Shown here: positions 27,923 to 37,880 of the stretch, piece after piece | Numbering within the stretch: the first letter of the stretch is position 1 | How the letters are laid out: every line of letters begins with the position of its first letter | NCBI GenBank assembly: GCA_963719315.1 | Contig: CAVRBU010000001.1 | Location: 576,001-640,000 of the forward strand | DNA from: an uncultured Planctomycetota bacterium | GTDB taxonomy: Bacteria > Planctomycetota > Planctomycetia > Pirellulales > Lacipirellulaceae | DNA: 64,000 bases | Direction of reading: 5' to 3' | Notes under the pieces: model-generated | Databases searched by the model: none | What the model was told of the DNA's origin: nothing | Seen by the model: only the letters and a program-made list of their open reading frames with translations | Made by a program: the position numbers and the translations under genes

Positions 27923-29533
27923 TCATTCTTCGCCGGCACTTTCAGTCAATAAGGCGAAGCGCACCAGTTCCGGCACGCTGCGGACGCGTAACTTTTTCAT
28001 CAAGCTGCTGCGGTGCTTTTCGATCGTCTTGATGCTCAGGCCAAGCTTGCGGGCCACGACCTTGTTGGCATCGCCCGCCACGACGAGTCGCATGACATCG
28101 TACTCGCGATCGGTTAGCGCTCGAAGTTTGTCGGAGGCTTTGGCTTGTTCCTCGGCGCGCTCTTCCCGCTTGCGGCGTTCCGTGACATCGCAGCCAACCG
28201 ATTGGAATTCGATCACATCGCCAGCGGAATTGAACAATGCGCGATGTGTCCAATGTTCCCACACCGTGCGTCCATCGGCCGCGATCGTGCGGTGCTCGTA
28301 CACGACGACCGGTTGATCGACGGTAACCGTCGCCAGCTTTTGTTGCAGCGCCTCTCGGTCTTCCTCGACGATCGACGACATGAAACTCGTGCCGATCAGT
28401 TCATCGGCCGTTGCCTGGCAATGGGTACAGTAAGACTCATTCGCGAAGGTTCGCACGCCGTCATCGCGCCAACGAATGATGAACTCCAGGTGGTCTTGAA
28501 TAACGGAAAGATAGCGTTCCTGGCTTTGGCGAAGCTGTTCATTCTTGGCGGTGAGTTCGGCGGTCCGTTCGCGCACGCGCCGTTCGAGCTCTTCGTGGGC
28601 CTTTCGCAAGGCCTCTTCCGCCTTGTGCCGTTGAGTAACGTCCTTGCCGATGCCCTCATTGGCGATCACTTTTCCATCGTGATCGCGGAGCGGAACGTCG
28701 CGGAATTCGAGCATGCGAATCTCGCCGTTGGCGTGAGGGATTGGAACGCAATACAACGGTGTTTCAATGCCGGCAAAACGCATTTGCTCCAAGCGCAACA
28801 GTTCCTCATAACCGGCGCCGCTCGTGTCCACGAACTCTCGCCAGTTTCGCCCGATCACCTGATCCGGCGTATACCCGAGAATGGTGTGCAACGATGGCGA
28901 AGCGTAGGTAATGACCCCGTCGGGGGCAGTCGCGAAAAACAAGTACTCGTCGCGCAACCCTTCGACCAATCGGCGATAGCGATCGCGGCTCTCGCGCAGC
29001 TCGCGCGTTTGCTTCTCGACGCGCTTTTCCAACGTGAGCGACAGGAAGTCGTAATCGAGCTCGATCTTGATCCGCTCGGTTACATCACGACATACATACA
29101 AAATGCTGCCGCTGGGGGAAGCCGTGCGCCGCACGCTGACCAGCAGGTCCCGTGATCGACCGACGGAGTCGCGGATCTGGCAGTTGATATTCGGGATCTC
29201 ACCACGCTGCTCCAGCAGGTCAAAATCAAATAATCCGGCAGGCAGGACGAAGCCGATTCGCCCTTGCTTGAGTATGTCGGCGGCAGCGTGCCCGAATATA
29301 AAGTGAGCATTCGGGGAGACGTAGGTCAGCCGACCGGCATCGTCAGCGATCAGCACCACATCGGAGACCACGCTCATTACGTCGCGGTGCAAGGCCTCAC
29401 TGTGTTGCAATGCCTTGGCCGCCACGCCGTGCTCGGACAGATGGTCGAGCTTGTCCTCCAGCTGCGCGACTTGTGCACGGAGGCGGCGGTTTTCTTCGGC
29501 GAGTTCGAGATTCGTTTTGCGATTGGGAGCCAT
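27923..29533 (-). CDS. Multi-PAS sensor with C-terminal LuxR/FixJ-type HTH (one-component regulator)
   Basis: Three PAS domains ending in DVT motifs; LTDREYDVMRLVVAGDANKVVARKLGLSIKTIEKHRSSLMKKL. Confidence 0.92.
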   Translation of the reverse strand: MAPNRKTNLELAEENRRLRAQVAQLEDKLDHLSEHGVAAKALQHSEALHRDVMSVVSDVVLIADDAGRLTYVSPNAHFIFGHAAADILKQGRIGFVLPAGLFDFDLLEQRGEIPNINCQIRDSVGRSRDLLVSVRRTASPSGSILYVCRDVTERIKIELDYDFLSLTLEKRVEKQTRELRESRDRYRRLVEGLRDEYLFFATAPDGVITYASPSLHTILGYTPDQVIGRNWREFVDTSGAGYEELLRLEQMRFAGIETPLYCVPIPHANGEIRMLEFRDVPLRDHDGKVIANEGIGKDVTQRHKAEEALRKAHEELERRVRERTAELTAKNEQLRQSQERYLSVIQDHLEFIIRWRDDGVRTFANESYCTHCQATADELIGTSFMSSIVEEDREALQQKLATVTVDQPVVVYEHRTIAADGRTVWEHWTHRALFNSAGDVIEFQSVGCDVTERRKREERAEEQAKASDKLRALTDREYDVMRLVVAGDANKVVARKLGLSIKTIEKHRSSLMKKLRVRSVPELVRFALLTESAGEE

Positions 29534-29566
29534 AGAACGGTTGCGGGTGCGTGAAAGAGGAGTGGC

Positions 29567-30560
29567 CTGCTCAGTAGAAAACGTCTGAATGCTAGCTAAA
29601 CATCGGTGTGTGTTGGTTCGTATGACGGTGGATGAAGACGAGCAAGAGTCCGAAGCGCGTGTTGGTCGAGGCACTGGCCGTGGCCCAGGCTTCGCTGCCG
29701 CGGTACTCGCATCGGTTCAGCCCACGGGTCTTCACGCAGCATCAACTGTTTGCCTGTCTGGTGCTCAAGGATTTTTACAACCTGACCTATCGGGGCACCG
29801 TTGGCCTGTTGGCGGACAGCGATTCGCTGTGCGAAGCGATCGGCCTGGAAAAGGTGCCCCACTTCACGACGCTGCAAAAGTCGGCCGATCGGTTGTTGGT
29901 GAAGAAGTCGTTTCAACGGCTGATCACGGCCACGGTCCAGCGGGCACGGAAGGCCAAGCTGCTCCGCCGCTCCGTGCGATTGGCAGCCATCGACACCAGC
30001 GGCTTCGAAGCGCGGCACACCAGTCGCTACTATGCCTGGCGTCGAAAAAAGGTGGGAAAACACGGACGAACGTGCGCCGTCTCCTATCGCCGCTACCCCA
30101 AGCTGGGCGTGGTCTGCGACACGACGAGTCATTTCTGCCTGGCGGCCCGGGCTAGCCAGGGACCGCGGCCCGACTTCGGCGATTTCCGCCCGCTCGTCGT
30201 CGAAGCGCAGGCTCGCACCGGAGTGAAGGCGGTCGCGGCGGACGCCGGCTTCGACAGCGAAGCCAACCACGTGTTGGCCCGCGACGAACTGGGGATTCAG
30301 TCCCTGATCCCCGCCGAGCACGGCCGACCGCCGGCCGGGGAACCCGTGGGCCGCTATCGAAAGCAGATGAAACGTCATTTGCACGAAAGTCGTTATGGAC
30401 AACGTTGGCAGGTGGAAACCGTCTACTCGATGATCAAACGTCTCTCGGGAGAAGTCGTCAACGCCCGCACCCACTGGCGCCGCTGCCGACTCCTGCTCCT
30501 CAAAACACTCACTCACAACATCTCGATTCTCAGACAACACCTAGGTTTTCTACTGAGCAG
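29567..30560 (+). mobile_element. IS5/IS4-type insertion sequence
   Basis: Perfect 16-bp TIR CTGCTCAGTAGAAAAC / GTTTTCTACTGAGCAG with flanking direct repeat GAGTGGC (7-9 bp depending on boundary choice). Confidence 0.92.
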
Positions 30561-30582
30561 GAGTGGCCCAATTCAATTATAG
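29632..30582 (+). CDS. DDE transposase (DDE_Tnp_1-like)
   Basis: AIDTSG, AADAGFDS, YGQRWQVETVYSMIKR; reads through the right TIR to a stop in flanking DNA. Confidence 0.9.
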   Translation: MKTSKSPKRVLVEALAVAQASLPRYSHRFSPRVFTQHQLFACLVLKDFYNLTYRGTVGLLADSDSLCEAIGLEKVPHFTTLQKSADRLLVKKSFQRLITATVQRARKAKLLRRSVRLAAIDTSGFEARHTSRYYAWRRKKVGKHGRTCAVSYRRYPKLGVVCDTTSHFCLAARASQGPRPDFGDFRPLVVEAQARTGVKAVAADAGFDSEANHVLARDELGIQSLIPAEHGRPPAGEPVGRYRKQMKRHLHESRYGQRWQVETVYSMIKRLSGEVVNARTHWRRCRLLLLKTLTHNISILRQHLGFLLSRSGPIQL

Positions 30583-30633
30583 CCGACGGTGCCCGGCTTG
30601 CCGCGGCCCGACGTCGCGAAGGCAGATCGGCTT

Positions 30634-31230
30634 CTAACGATTGGCTAGTTGCTGGCCTTCGATCAAGGCGGCTGCGACGGCCGGGTCATTGCGGAGCGAC
30701 GAATATGGCCGGGGTTCGGGCGGATTCTTGGTTTCGGGCTGTAATGTCAGCTGCCACCAGCCGACGTCGACCCATGTGCCGTCCTTGCAACCGACACCTG
30801 GAAAAACGCCGGTTTGTTCGAATCCCATCCGCTCGTGAAGCGCGATGCTGGGCGGATTTGGCACGGAGATACCAGCAATCGCTTTGAAATACCCTTGGGC
30901 CCGCAGGATTGAAAACAAACTCGTGTAGAGAGCTCGTGCCAGGCCGCGCCGCTGTTCGTCGGGCGCGACGTAGACGGCCACTTCGGCCGTCCAGCGGTAC
31001 GCCGCCCGTTCGCGAAACCGGGTCGCGTAAACATAAGCGGCCACGCGGCCGTCGGCATCCGCCACGAGCCATGGATAGGCGTCGCCGATGCGGGCAATAC
31101 GCTCGGCCATTTCCTCGCGTGTGGGTACAACGATTTCAAACGATACTTTCGACGATTCACAATACGGCGCGTAGATTGCCAAAATGCCGTCCGCGTCGTC
31201 GATTCGCGCCGCACGGAATTCGATCGTCAT
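30634..31230 (-). CDS. GNAT N-acetyltransferase (phosphinothricin acetyltransferase/YncA-like)
   Basis: ILAIYAPY, SFE, RERAAYRWTAEVAVYV, QRRGLARALY, NPPSIALHERMGF. Confidence 0.9.
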   Translation of the reverse strand: MTIEFRAARIDDADGILAIYAPYCESSKVSFEIVVPTREEMAERIARIGDAYPWLVADADGRVAAYVYATRFRERAAYRWTAEVAVYVAPDEQRRGLARALYTSLFSILRAQGYFKAIAGISVPNPPSIALHERMGFEQTGVFPGVGCKDGTWVDVGWWQLTLQPETKNPPEPRPYSSLRNDPAVAAALIEGQQLANR

Positions 31231-31273
31231 ACGCTCAACCCATGGCATCGGAGCCGGTTTGCCGGCGAGGAAC

Positions 31274-33319
31274 TCACCACACTTCCACGCGGTCTGCCAG
31301 CGGACGAAACCAGTGATCGCCGGGTTTGACACCGAACGCGGAATAGAAAGCGTCCACGTTCGAGAGCGGCACGAGCGTTCGGAACTGGCCGGGCGAGTGA
31401 GGATTAGTGCGGATCATGAGCCGCAATTCTGCGTCGCGGATTGAGCCGCGCCAGACTTGGGCAAAGCCTATGAAAAACCGTTGCGGGCCGGTGAAACCGT
31501 CGATTACCGGCGCTTCGCGGCCATTTAGCGACTTCTGATAGGCGGCGTGTGCGATCGTAACGCCTCCCAGGTCGGCGATGTTCTCGCCCAGCGTGAGCCG
31601 GCCGTTCACGTGGAGATCATCGAGCACGACGCACGCATCGTATTGCTTGACGAGCCGATCCGTTTTGGCCGTGAAGCGTGCGCGATCGTCGTCGGCCCAC
31701 CAGTTGACCAGATTTCCTTGGGCATCGGATCGGCTGCCTTGGTCGTCGAAGCCGTGCGTGATTTCATGACCGATGACGGCGCCGATGCCACCGTAGTTCA
31801 CGGCGTCGTCGGCCGCCATATCGAAAAACGGGGGCTGCAAAATGCCGGCCGGGAAAACGATTTCGTTCATGGACGGATTGTAGTAGGCGTTGACGGTCGG
31901 CGGCGTCATATGCCATTCCAATCGATCTACAGGCTTGCCAAGTTTTGAGAGCTGATATTGCGTATCGAACTCCTCGGCCCGCAACACGTTCGCGGAATAG
32001 GAGTCGGATTCAACTTCGAGGTCAGAATAGTCCCGCCACTTGCTGGGATAACCAATTTTGGGTAAGACGGCCGTGAGTTTGGCCTGGGCCAGCTTTTTTG
32101 TTTTATTCCCCATCCAGTCGCGGGAGTCGATCCGCTCGCGATAGGCGGCTACCAGGTTATGCACTAATTCGTCCATTCGCTGTTTGGCGGCCGGCGGAAA
32201 GTGCTTCTCGACGTAGATTTTCCCTAGCGCTTCGCCCAGTTCGCCATCGATCGTGGTGACCACCCGTTTCCAGCGAGGTTGCATTTCTTTCACGCCGCGC
32301 AACTCCTGGCTGTAGAAGCGGAAGTCCTCGTCTTCAAAGGGGCTGCTCAAGTAGGGAGCCAGCGAATGGACGAGGTGCCAGCGCAAATAGGTTTGCCATT
32401 CCGCCAGCGGCACGGTATTCAGCAATTCATTGACGCGTTGGAAAAACTCCGGCTGACCGACGATGACAATGTTAAGGTCGTCTACGCCGAGCGCTTTCAG
32501 GTACAATTCCCAATTGAGATTTGGCGTAAGGTCCTTAAGCTCCTGCAGCGTTTTTCGGTTATAGTTTGCCTCGCGATCGCGAAGCTGTACCGGCGTGCGC
32601 GAGGACTCGGCTAACTTGGTTTCGATTTGCAATACGATGTCGGCGCCGGCGGCAGCCTGTTTTGCATCATCGCCCAATAGACCAAGCATCTTGGCGACGT
32701 GCTTATGATATTCGTCGCGCACGTGCACCGAATCTTTTGACTTGCCCACGTAATAGTCTCGATCCGGTAAACCCAAACCGCCTTGATCGAGATGGACGGC
32801 GTAACGGGTGCTCTGTTTCTCGTCTTGGCTCACCGACAGGTCGAATACGGTCGAAAGGCCCGTGGCGCGCAGGCGGCCGACTTCGGTTATCAAGTCATCG
32901 GACGTTTTAACTTTGGCGATCCGCTCGAGTTCCGCCGACAAGGGCTTTGCACCCTGCTGCTCTACGGCCGCTTCGTCCATCGCAGTGCGATAAAAATCGC
33001 GAAGCTTACGGCGTTCCTCCGTCAGTGGTTCCTTCTGCTTTGTGAGCTCATCGAGAATATCACGTAGCGCGACCAGATTGTCGTCACGCAGCTTCTGGAA
33101 TGCGCCCCACTTGCTATACTCGGGTGGAATCGGATTTTGTTCGATCCACTTACCGTTGACGTACTGGAAGAAATCATCGCCCGGCTTGACGGACGTCTCG
33201 AATGTCGCCCGGTCGATTCCGCTCTTGAGAACGGTCTCGGCTGCCGGGCAAACGGCCGCGCTCGCCCATGTAAACAACACACACCACAACAATAGCAAGA
33301 TAGTAGGACGAGTTCGCAT
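31274..33319 (-). CDS. M13 family metalloendopeptidase (PepO/neprilysin-like), secreted
   Basis: Signal peptide; PGDDFFQYVNG, VNAYY, GHEITHGFDDQG, GENIADLGG, NPHSP. Confidence 0.96.
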   Translation of the reverse strand: MRTRPTILLLLWCVLFTWASAAVCPAAETVLKSGIDRATFETSVKPGDDFFQYVNGKWIEQNPIPPEYSKWGAFQKLRDDNLVALRDILDELTKQKEPLTEERRKLRDFYRTAMDEAAVEQQGAKPLSAELERIAKVKTSDDLITEVGRLRATGLSTVFDLSVSQDEKQSTRYAVHLDQGGLGLPDRDYYVGKSKDSVHVRDEYHKHVAKMLGLLGDDAKQAAAGADIVLQIETKLAESSRTPVQLRDREANYNRKTLQELKDLTPNLNWELYLKALGVDDLNIVIVGQPEFFQRVNELLNTVPLAEWQTYLRWHLVHSLAPYLSSPFEDEDFRFYSQELRGVKEMQPRWKRVVTTIDGELGEALGKIYVEKHFPPAAKQRMDELVHNLVAAYRERIDSRDWMGNKTKKLAQAKLTAVLPKIGYPSKWRDYSDLEVESDSYSANVLRAEEFDTQYQLSKLGKPVDRLEWHMTPPTVNAYYNPSMNEIVFPAGILQPPFFDMAADDAVNYGGIGAVIGHEITHGFDDQGSRSDAQGNLVNWWADDDRARFTAKTDRLVKQYDACVVLDDLHVNGRLTLGENIADLGGVTIAHAAYQKSLNGREAPVIDGFTGPQRFFIGFAQVWRGSIRDAELRLMIRTNPHSPGQFRTLVPLSNVDAFYSAFGVKPGDHWFRPLADRVEVW

Positions 33320-33476
33320 GGGACTCCGAGATTTGTTTGGCGTCGGCAGATAAACAGGGGAGTAACTCGACGGCGAGAAGCCGCGCCGCGACCGAAAATA
33401 CCCCGCCAATTTAGCGGGGTTTTTCCTCGGGCACTAGCGTGAGCGCCAGCTTGCGGAATTGAACCCGATGCGGCTG

Positions 33477-34156
33477 CTATTTCGAAGCGCTGTTGGAATT
33501 GGGGCGATCAGCCGGTAAATTGTCGCGCTGAGGCGGTGGGAGTTCCTCTGGGCGATCACCGTTGGCGGGTGCGGAATTATCTTGCCGCGAAATCATTTCA
33601 AACAAGACGTTCTTGCATGGCGGAAAAGGCCGGGAGTTGTGCAATCTTCCGATATCGGGGGTCGGCCGCCACGTCGCGAAACCGTTGCAGCAGTTTTTTC
33701 GCCGCGCCGCGGCGAGCATCTGTATCTGCCACGGAGCCCGCGGCGAGCTCCTCCGGCAGGCGGAGGTAACGCTGCCAGGTTGTGCCGGAGTCGAAGCGAT
33801 TTAAGCGTGAGTTCAACCGGTCCGAGGTGATCCGAAGTGCGGCTCGCTAGCGAATTGTCATCCATTGCCGCCAGCGCGTGGGGCGAGGGAAACGGCGGCT
33901 GAACGACTGGCCGCATGTTGATTGCTGGTTGCGGGCCGACGTAAATTGATCTTCCACCAACGTCGACGGCCGTGAACGGTGCTCGCACCGAAACGCCGCC
34001 GCGCGGATATACGTCGACACTTACAAACGGCGCCCGCACGTGGACGCCATCGGTTAGCCCGACGCTCACGCGTTGGGCTTGAGAAGCGTTTGGCAGGAAC
34101 AGGACTGCCGCGCCTAAAACCCCCGCCGCGCACGAAGTAGAGACAATTCGTCGCAT
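33477..34156 (-). CDS. Secreted hypothetical protein with two apparent frameshifts
   Basis: Signal peptide, repeated VRAPF motif; continuation WQRYLRLP...(33598-33816) and EELPPP...(to 33477) in other frames. Confidence 0.6.
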
Positions 34157-34306
34157 GTCGCACCTCCTGTCGCTATGCGGAAGACTCCTCGAAGCAATTA
34201 CCCCTGTCGGTAATTCTATCGCCTTTCTCGCGCGAGTGTAGCTGGGGAACTTGTAGATTGCCTTTGGCGGCTGGAAACCACCGCTTCGTCGAAAGCGGGC
34301 AGACTG

Positions 34307-36211
34307 CTACTTTGCCCGCGGCGCGATGATTTTGGCGAGAATGTCCGGCTTGGATTCGACCCGCTCGAGATGCGGGAAACGCGGGCCGCCGTCATAAGTT
34401 AGTTTTTTGGTGCTGTAGTAGCTCGCGTTTTCCACCAGCAGTTCGACGCCTTTAGTCTTCGGCGTGTTGGCGATAGCGTCCTTGAGCAAGTCTTCATCAA
34501 ATTTTCGACCATCGACCGCCACGATTTTCATGTTGGGTGCGAGGCCCCCCTTGTCAGCCGGCGAGCCGGGGACAACGTCGATGATTTCGTGCCTATCACC
34601 GTCGTTGCCGACGACGATGCCCAAGCTGTATCGCAGATCGATCCTTTTGTTGGCCTTTTCGCTCGCGGCAAGGAGTTTGTTCGGCTTACTGTTGTAAATG
34701 AGCTTCCAACCACCTTGCTCGATGCCCCCAAGTGGTGGCTGTGGGTCGAGCGACGTGAGGCGGGTCGTGAAAAACGCTTTCCAATCATTGGGGGCAATCG
34801 CGTTGAGTGCCTTGTACACGTCGTCGGCTGTATAAGGCGCGACCGTTGGCTTCGAGCCACCGAGCGCAGGTCCGCCGGAGCCTTCGCCGTGGAACGCGCG
34901 GCAGAAATCGTCGAGCGTTTTATGGCCGTTCGTTTTCTGGCGGATGAGCGTATCGGCTTCGAGCCAGATGAGCTCGCCTTCGTCGTAGAAATCGACGCCG
35001 CGGCGGCGCATGCTCCAGTTTTTGCCGGACGCGTATAGCTTGGAGGCCATATCGGCAGTGTCTTGAAGAGGGCGCCAGGTGCGGCCTTGCTTGGCGGCTA
35101 GGGTGGCGGTAATTGCCGCCAGGTTCTCTCGATATTCTTCGGGCGTCCACAGCCCGGTGCGGGCGGCCATTAGATCTCCGTAGTATTCCGTCAATCCTTC
35201 GTAGGCCCAGAGCAAATCGTCCTGCATTGGCTTTTGATAGTCTGGCGACAGGAGCCCGGTTGGCCGGCGGTGCTTGCCATTCCAGGAGTGGAAATATTCG
35301 TGCGTCAGCAGGCCGGCGAAGTTCTGAAATATGTCATCATCGATAAGAGCGCGTTCGGGCGCACGGTTCGCGGAACATTGGTGATGCTCCAAGCCGGTCT
35401 GATGCATCTGGTCGCTCAGAGCGACGAGAAAATGATAGCGCTCATAATGGCGAGCGCCAAACAGCGCCGCATACTCCGCCGGCACGCGCCGATATGCCTT
35501 TAATCGCTCCGGGCTAATCGCCAGGGCGGCTTCGCTGTCGGCGGCGATGTCGAGGAAGTGTGGCGGCTTCGCGCCCGGCGTGAGATCAATTTGCTTGAAG
35601 TGCTTGCCAGCGAGCACGGGCTGGTCAATGAGCATTTCGAGCGACACGGGTTTGAAGTGAATGGCGGCATCGCCTGGCGCCTTGGGCAACTCCTGCATGG
35701 AACATCCAAAACTCCAACCGGCCGGCAAAACGACGGATGGGTCCACAACAAGCTTCGCGGCATCACTTCCCTGCGGGAACAACGCGATGACGTTCCAATT
35801 CAGCAATGCCAGTTGGTCGGAAGTGGTTGGATCTTCCTCCGGGCCGCCACTGGTCGATGCGAATGACTCCAAGTTCACTTCGAGGCTGGCGACACCGGAT
35901 GGAATCTCAAGATGGACGGCATACGTATCGGTCAGATCGCGCCGCCAAGCGACGGGCTTTCCGGCGGCAGAAAACTTCAGCCCTGCCAGATCAGTGATCG
36001 GCCCCGTCGGGCTGTGGTCGCCGGGGATCCATTGTGGATAAACCAATGTGAGGGGACCGGGCTTCACCGGGATCGTGAGTGTGGCACGCATGAGGCCGCG
36101 TGGGGCGTCGGTGAGGTCGGCGCGGATCGTCATATTCTGGGCAGCCGCGAAGGGCGCCGTCCACAGAATGGCAATCCAGGCGTAAGCGATCGATCGAAAG
36201 ATAATCTGCAC
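34307..36211 (-). CDS. M61 family glycyl aminopeptidase with PDZ domain
   Basis: PQWIPG, GLEH, HEYFHSWNGK, LWAYEGLTEYY, C-terminal PDZ (PGSPADKGGL); start uncertain. Confidence 0.93.
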   Translation of the reverse strand: MQIIFRSIAYAWIAILWTAPFAAAQNMTIRADLTDAPRGLMRATLTIPVKPGPLTLVYPQWIPGDHSPTGPITDLAGLKFSAAGKPVAWRRDLTDTYAVHLEIPSGVASLEVNLESFASTSGGPEEDPTTSDQLALLNWNVIALFPQGSDAAKLVVDPSVVLPAGWSFGCSMQELPKAPGDAAIHFKPVSLEMLIDQPVLAGKHFKQIDLTPGAKPPHFLDIAADSEAALAISPERLKAYRRVPAEYAALFGARHYERYHFLVALSDQMHQTGLEHHQCSANRAPERALIDDDIFQNFAGLLTHEYFHSWNGKHRRPTGLLSPDYQKPMQDDLLWAYEGLTEYYGDLMAARTGLWTPEEYRENLAAITATLAAKQGRTWRPLQDTADMASKLYASGKNWSMRRRGVDFYDEGELIWLEADTLIRQKTNGHKTLDDFCRAFHGEGSGGPALGGSKPTVAPYTADDVYKALNAIAPNDWKAFFTTRLTSLDPQPPLGGIEQGGWKLIYNSKPNKLLAASEKANKRIDLRYSLGIVVGNDGDRHEIIDVVPGSPADKGGLAPNMKIVAVDGRKFDEDLLKDAIANTPKTKGVELLVENASYYSTKKLTYDGGPRFPHLERVESKPDILAKIIAPRAK

Positions 36212-36441
36212 TGCGAACTCCGTTGCTCGGAAATGTTCAGTGAAAGTCTGGGGCAACCGTGCTAATATGGTGGACGAACGGGCCGATTGCCAGTGGGCGG
36301 CCGCTGTGGAAAACGGTTCATTCATTGCGCACTGGAGCCAAGCTGGATTTTTGCCCCCGAATGCCGCTCACCGTGAGTCCTTGGTTTGAAACCGGCCACT
36401 GCGATTCAAGAACGTTTGCTGGCAACTTGAGAAAGACCATC

Positions 36442-37758
36442 ATGCCTGACGAAATCTCCAGACGAAACTTTGCATTGACGAGCGCCGCGGTCGTCGCGGC
36501 GGGCGCGAAACTAGCTCAGGCTCAGACGAAACCTCGCCCAAGTGCTAATGAGCGGATCCGATTGGGCTTCATCGGCGTCGCCAACCGCGGGCAACAACTC
36601 CTGCAGGCGTTTGGGAAACATGCAGACGCCGAGATCGTCGCGATTTGTGACATCGACCAGCGTTCGCTCGCTCAGGCAAAATCCATTATCAAAGGCGATT
36701 CCGAGACATTCACCGATTTTCGGCGCCTGATCGACCGTAAGGATCTCGACGCGGTGGTGATCGCCACACCCGATCATTGGCACGCAATCCACATGATCTC
36801 AGCCTGCGACGCGGGCAAGGATGTGTACGTCGAGAAGCCATTGAGCGTTACAGTGCACGAAGGCCGGCGGATGGTCGAGGCCGCGCGGCGGAACAAGCGT
36901 GTTGTGCAAGTGGGAACGCATCGCCGCAGCTCGCCGCTGTATGCGGACCTCGTCAAGCGGACGACCGCCGGTGAGTTCGGTAAGATCTGCGTAAGCCGGG
37001 CGTATCGAATCTCCAATATGTTTCCCGACGGGATCGGACACCGCAAACCAGTTGCTCCGCCCAGCGAGTTGGGTTGGGATACGTGGCTCGGACCTCGGCC
37101 GCTGCGGCCGTATCAGGACAACATCGCGCCCTACAAGTTTCGTTGGTGGCACGAGTTTTCGTCGCAAATAGGAAATTGGGGTGTTCACTACCTGGATGCA
37201 ATCCGCTGGTGCCTGGATGAAGTCGCACCGGCCTCGGTATGCGCCATGGGCGGGCGGTACGTGGTTGACGATGATCGCACGATTCCGGATACGATGGAGG
37301 TTTGTTTCGAATTCGCGTCCGGGCGGATGGCGATTTTTGGCCAGTACGAATCCAGCGGGACCCCGATTTTCTCCTCCGGCGAAATCGAGATGCGCGGCAC
37401 CCAGGGGACAATTTACGTTGGTGGCGACGGATATAAGGTCGTGCCTGAACGCAGAGGCCAATTTCAAAAGAGCGCGCCGCGGATGAAGGCGCAGACCGTA
37501 GAAGATAAGAATGGCGGCAACGACGCTTTGACCGCGTTACATGCCAGAAACTTTCTCGACTGCATGCGATCGCGGAAGGAGCCCAATGCGGATGTCGAGA
37601 TTGGCCACCGTTCGACGACCTTTGCATTGATCGCCAACATTTCGTTGAAGGTCGGCGAGCGCCTGCACTGGGACCAGGAGCGGGAACGTTTCACAAACAG
37701 CGAAGCGGCCAACAAGCTGCTGCACTATGAATATCGCGCACCGTGGAAACTCGGCTGA
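36442..37758 (+). CDS. Gfo/Idh/MocA oxidoreductase with Tat signal
   Basis: SRRNF Tat motif, GFIGVANRG, IATPDHWH, GKDVYVEKP, GNWGVHYLD. Confidence 0.93.
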   Translation: MPDEISRRNFALTSAAVVAAGAKLAQAQTKPRPSANERIRLGFIGVANRGQQLLQAFGKHADAEIVAICDIDQRSLAQAKSIIKGDSETFTDFRRLIDRKDLDAVVIATPDHWHAIHMISACDAGKDVYVEKPLSVTVHEGRRMVEAARRNKRVVQVGTHRRSSPLYADLVKRTTAGEFGKICVSRAYRISNMFPDGIGHRKPVAPPSELGWDTWLGPRPLRPYQDNIAPYKFRWWHEFSSQIGNWGVHYLDAIRWCLDEVAPASVCAMGGRYVVDDDRTIPDTMEVCFEFASGRMAIFGQYESSGTPIFSSGEIEMRGTQGTIYVGGDGYKVVPERRGQFQKSAPRMKAQTVEDKNGGNDALTALHARNFLDCMRSRKEPNADVEIGHRSTTFALIANISLKVGERLHWDQERERFTNSEAANKLLHYEYRAPWKLG

Positions 37759-37880
37759 TACCACACGGAGCTAACCAATGGACATTGCGCAGGGACATTG
37801 GTCTCGTCTCCGACACCCCATTAAAATGGCATCGCACGGAGAACGGAAGGAGCGGGCGTAGGTCGCCGCCTGCACTTCGA

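Noticed and set aside
29534..29674. N-terminal extension of the PAS-LuxR ORF
   Set aside because: Runs into the IS left end; the natural start is ATG 29533
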